A program made the translations under genes and the position numbers. A DNA stretch of 64,000 nucleotides from Podarcis gaigeae (lineage: Eukaryota): the NCBI GenBank assembly GCA_964106915.2, contig OZ066918.1; one strand, 5' to 3'. This document shows positions 61,600-64,000 of this stretch, in pieces. Position 1 is the first letter of the stretch; each line of letters begins with the position of its first letter. Under the pieces are notes generated by a model. The model saw only the letters and a list, made by a program, of their open reading frames with translations, was not told the origin of the DNA and made no database searches.

Positions 61600-62226
61600 T
61601 ATATAGTTACACCTCCAAAATGATTAAACATTGACACTGTACATTAACTGATATTGGGTCCAAACTTTGTGGGAGGTCCAGGTAGCCTTAGTGGTTCGAG
61701 GCCCCCTTAGCAGCTGTGACTGATACCACAGCTATGGCTGTTCCTGAACCGGCAGAGCCTTGACCACAGTAGTTCAGTCTTTGCTGACTTCAAGCTTGGA
61801 TTCCTGGCAATGCACTCTGTGTAGGGCTTCTCTTGCACTTGATCTGGAAGCTGCAGTTAGTGCAGAATGCTGCAGCATGGCTGCTGACAAGAATGAGACA
61901 CCTGTGCACTGGCTGCTGATTCATCAAGTTCAAGGCCATTCCTATTAGATTCAAAGGATTGTGGATAGGAAACCCAGCATCTGTGAGAGAACTTTGGCAG
62001 CTGGACAGCCCACCCCCAATTCGCCCCTCCATCCCTTTCTGAACTCATTCCTAGGGCCATAAATCAGTGGTAGAACATGTGCATTGCATGCAGTAGATTC
62101 CACATCCAGTCTCTGGCATCTTCAGGTAGGGTTGGGAATGTTCTCTCTCCTTCCATCGTCAAGCACCTTCCTTTCATTTGAAGCATGATGGGTGCTTCTT
62201 ACCTCTGTAATCTTTCTCTTTCACAG

Positions 62227-62316
62227 ATGGTTGAAATTCTTATTCATTTTGCTGATCGAACGATGAAGAAATGTCCTGATCAGGGTAAAATCCAGGTGAT
62301 GGAGCAGCACTTTCAG
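62227..62316 (+). CDS. VPS8: VPS8 coding exon 19 (MVEILIHFADRTMKKCPDQGKIQVMEQHFQ)
   Basis: AG/GT boundaries. Confidence 0.95.
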
Positions 62317-62657
62317 GTACAATGCTTTTGCAGTGATTTCTCTTTTCTATTTCCACTTAAAATTCAGAGGCTAAAACAGTTATGAATTGTTTCAAGAGAA
62401 ATGGAAGCACCTATATAAAAATAATATTTCCTTGTATAGGCTGCTATCATCTTGTAGACGCAGGGTTGATTCTTCTGCGTCAGAAAAAAAATTCAAGTCT
62501 TGAGGATAATGTGCAAGCAATATAGTGACTTCCTTTTGTGATCTCCCTCTATCAGTGCATGTTTAATCTTTTCTGGATAACAGCTACAGAGCAGTAATAG
62601 GAGATCAGGTAGTACTTGTGGATTGTTAGTGACACTTTCTGTGTGGTTTTTTCGCAG

Positions 62658-62704
62658 GATATGGTGCCTGTCATTGTTGATTACTGCCTTCTGCTTCAGC
62701 GGAT
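62658..62704 (+). CDS. VPS8: VPS8 coding exon 20 (DMVPVIVDYCLLLQR)
   Basis: AG/GT boundaries. Confidence 0.94.
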
Positions 62705-63450
62705 GTAAGTGAGAGCATGAGAAACTTGCTTACTGAATTCAATAGATTTGCCATATATACTGCACCAGGACTGCCACCTATAGCTGTTCCTTGCCTTAAT
62801 GACAAACAGCAGGTGTCCCAGAAGAAAAGTGGAATATGAGAGCTGACAATGATGGAACAATTGAGCCACAGGGGAAGGTTTTCTCTAAATTTCCTGTCTG
62901 AATGATCTTGAATTACAGCACTGCATTCGCAATTGCTTATTTGTAAAATGGTGGGTTTCTAAATGGATTTTCCTTTTAAGACCTCACCTTTTAAAGTTTT
63001 TTGGTCCGAATGACAGATGTTTCAGGAATTTTATCTTTTTGAATTCCAGTGCAAATTGACTTAATCTGTGCCTTCTGGACTCATATGCAGATCAGAATGC
63101 AATTATCCTTTTGGATTTCACATTTATCTGAATTTTACAAAGCAGTTCTCACTTTAAAAAAAGTACCAAAATGTTTATTTTAAGATACGGTATGTTGCTA
63201 AATGACATTTTGTGAAAAAAATACATATTTATAGACTAATATGTATTTGAAACATGGGACAGAACAGATTTACTGTCTGAACACATGCAAAACTGATACT
63301 GGCAGAAATAGATTGATCAGTCCCTCATCCATAATATGAATGCAGGAAGTGTTTTTGCCTGCTGTGTATGCTGTAGAAATCAACCATTACTAGCTAAAAT
63401 AAGTTTTTAATTTTTGATAATTACTTATTCACTTGTCATCTTCATTCTAG

Positions 63451-63673
63451 GGATCTGTTGTTTAGCCAGATGTATGACAAGATGAGTGAAAATTCTGTGG
63501 CAAAGGGTGTCTTTTTGGAGTGTCTTGAGCCATACATTTTAAGTGATAAATTGATGGGAATTACAGCTCAAATTATGAAAGATTTGCTGCTTCACTTCCA
63601 AGATAAGAATTTAATGGCAAACATGGAGGCTTGCATTGTACATATGGATATCACCAGCCTAGACATACAGCAG
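63451..63673 (+). CDS. VPS8: VPS8 coding exon 21 (DLLFSQMYDK...VFLECLEPYILSDKL...HMDITSLDIQQ); gene continues beyond the window
   Basis: Vps8 central domain motif FLECLEPYI; AG/GT boundaries. Confidence 0.95.
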
Positions 63674-64000
63674 GTGATAATTGGTAACCTTCATATTTTG
63701 ACATGGATGTAATCTCATTCTGCTGCTGTTTAAGTATGAATGTTTTCAATAGTTAACGAACAAGATGTTTAAAACGTTTTGTGTTGCATTGTGCCACAGA
63801 GATGCTCCTGGGCTCTGTAAAACTCTAAAAAAGCATTTTAGAACCAGACAAGATCTCTTAGGGTAATCTACATTAATCTAGCTATAATTATGTGGATTTA
63901 TACAAGTTTCAAACTTGGGGTAAATCGTGGGTGGGGAATCTCTGGTCTGCAAGCCAAATAAGGCTTGACCAGGCCTCCCCATTTGTCCTGCAAAGCCATT

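Overview
This is vertebrate genomic DNA from a squamate, most likely a lacertid lizard (inferred from the repeated Sauria/Squam1 SINEs). It contains four recognisable genes. PCCB coding exon 1 lies on the minus strand in a CpG island (2870-3046). The single-exon CDS of SLC35G2/TMEM22 is at 10288-11526. An NME9/TXNDC6-type gene has only its thioredoxin-domain and acidic-linker exons (19589-30605); no NDK-domain exons were found before the next promoter. The 5' part of VPS8 has a CpG-island first exon and 21 coding exons (37173-63673) that join in frame and continue beyond the window. Introns and intergenic DNA are rich in Sauria SINEs, other tRNA-derived SINEs, L2/CR1/L1/RTE-X fragments, hAT and pogo/Tigger-type MITEs and a Tc1 end. 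Most notable: (i) frameshifted, stop-ridden leucine-rich-repeat-like segments on the minus strand, interleaved with the NME9 exons, which look like a nested LRR pseudogene; (ii) the apparently NDK-less NME9; (iii) four Penelope-like-element insertions of two families carrying minimal hammerhead ribozyme motifs, one in sense orientation in a VPS8 intron and opposed by its own inverted copy; (iv) a 36-nt U2 snRNA retro-fragment with a target-site duplication. Gene identities rest on recalled similarity to the human orthologs, and exon boundaries were read by eye; no searches were run.
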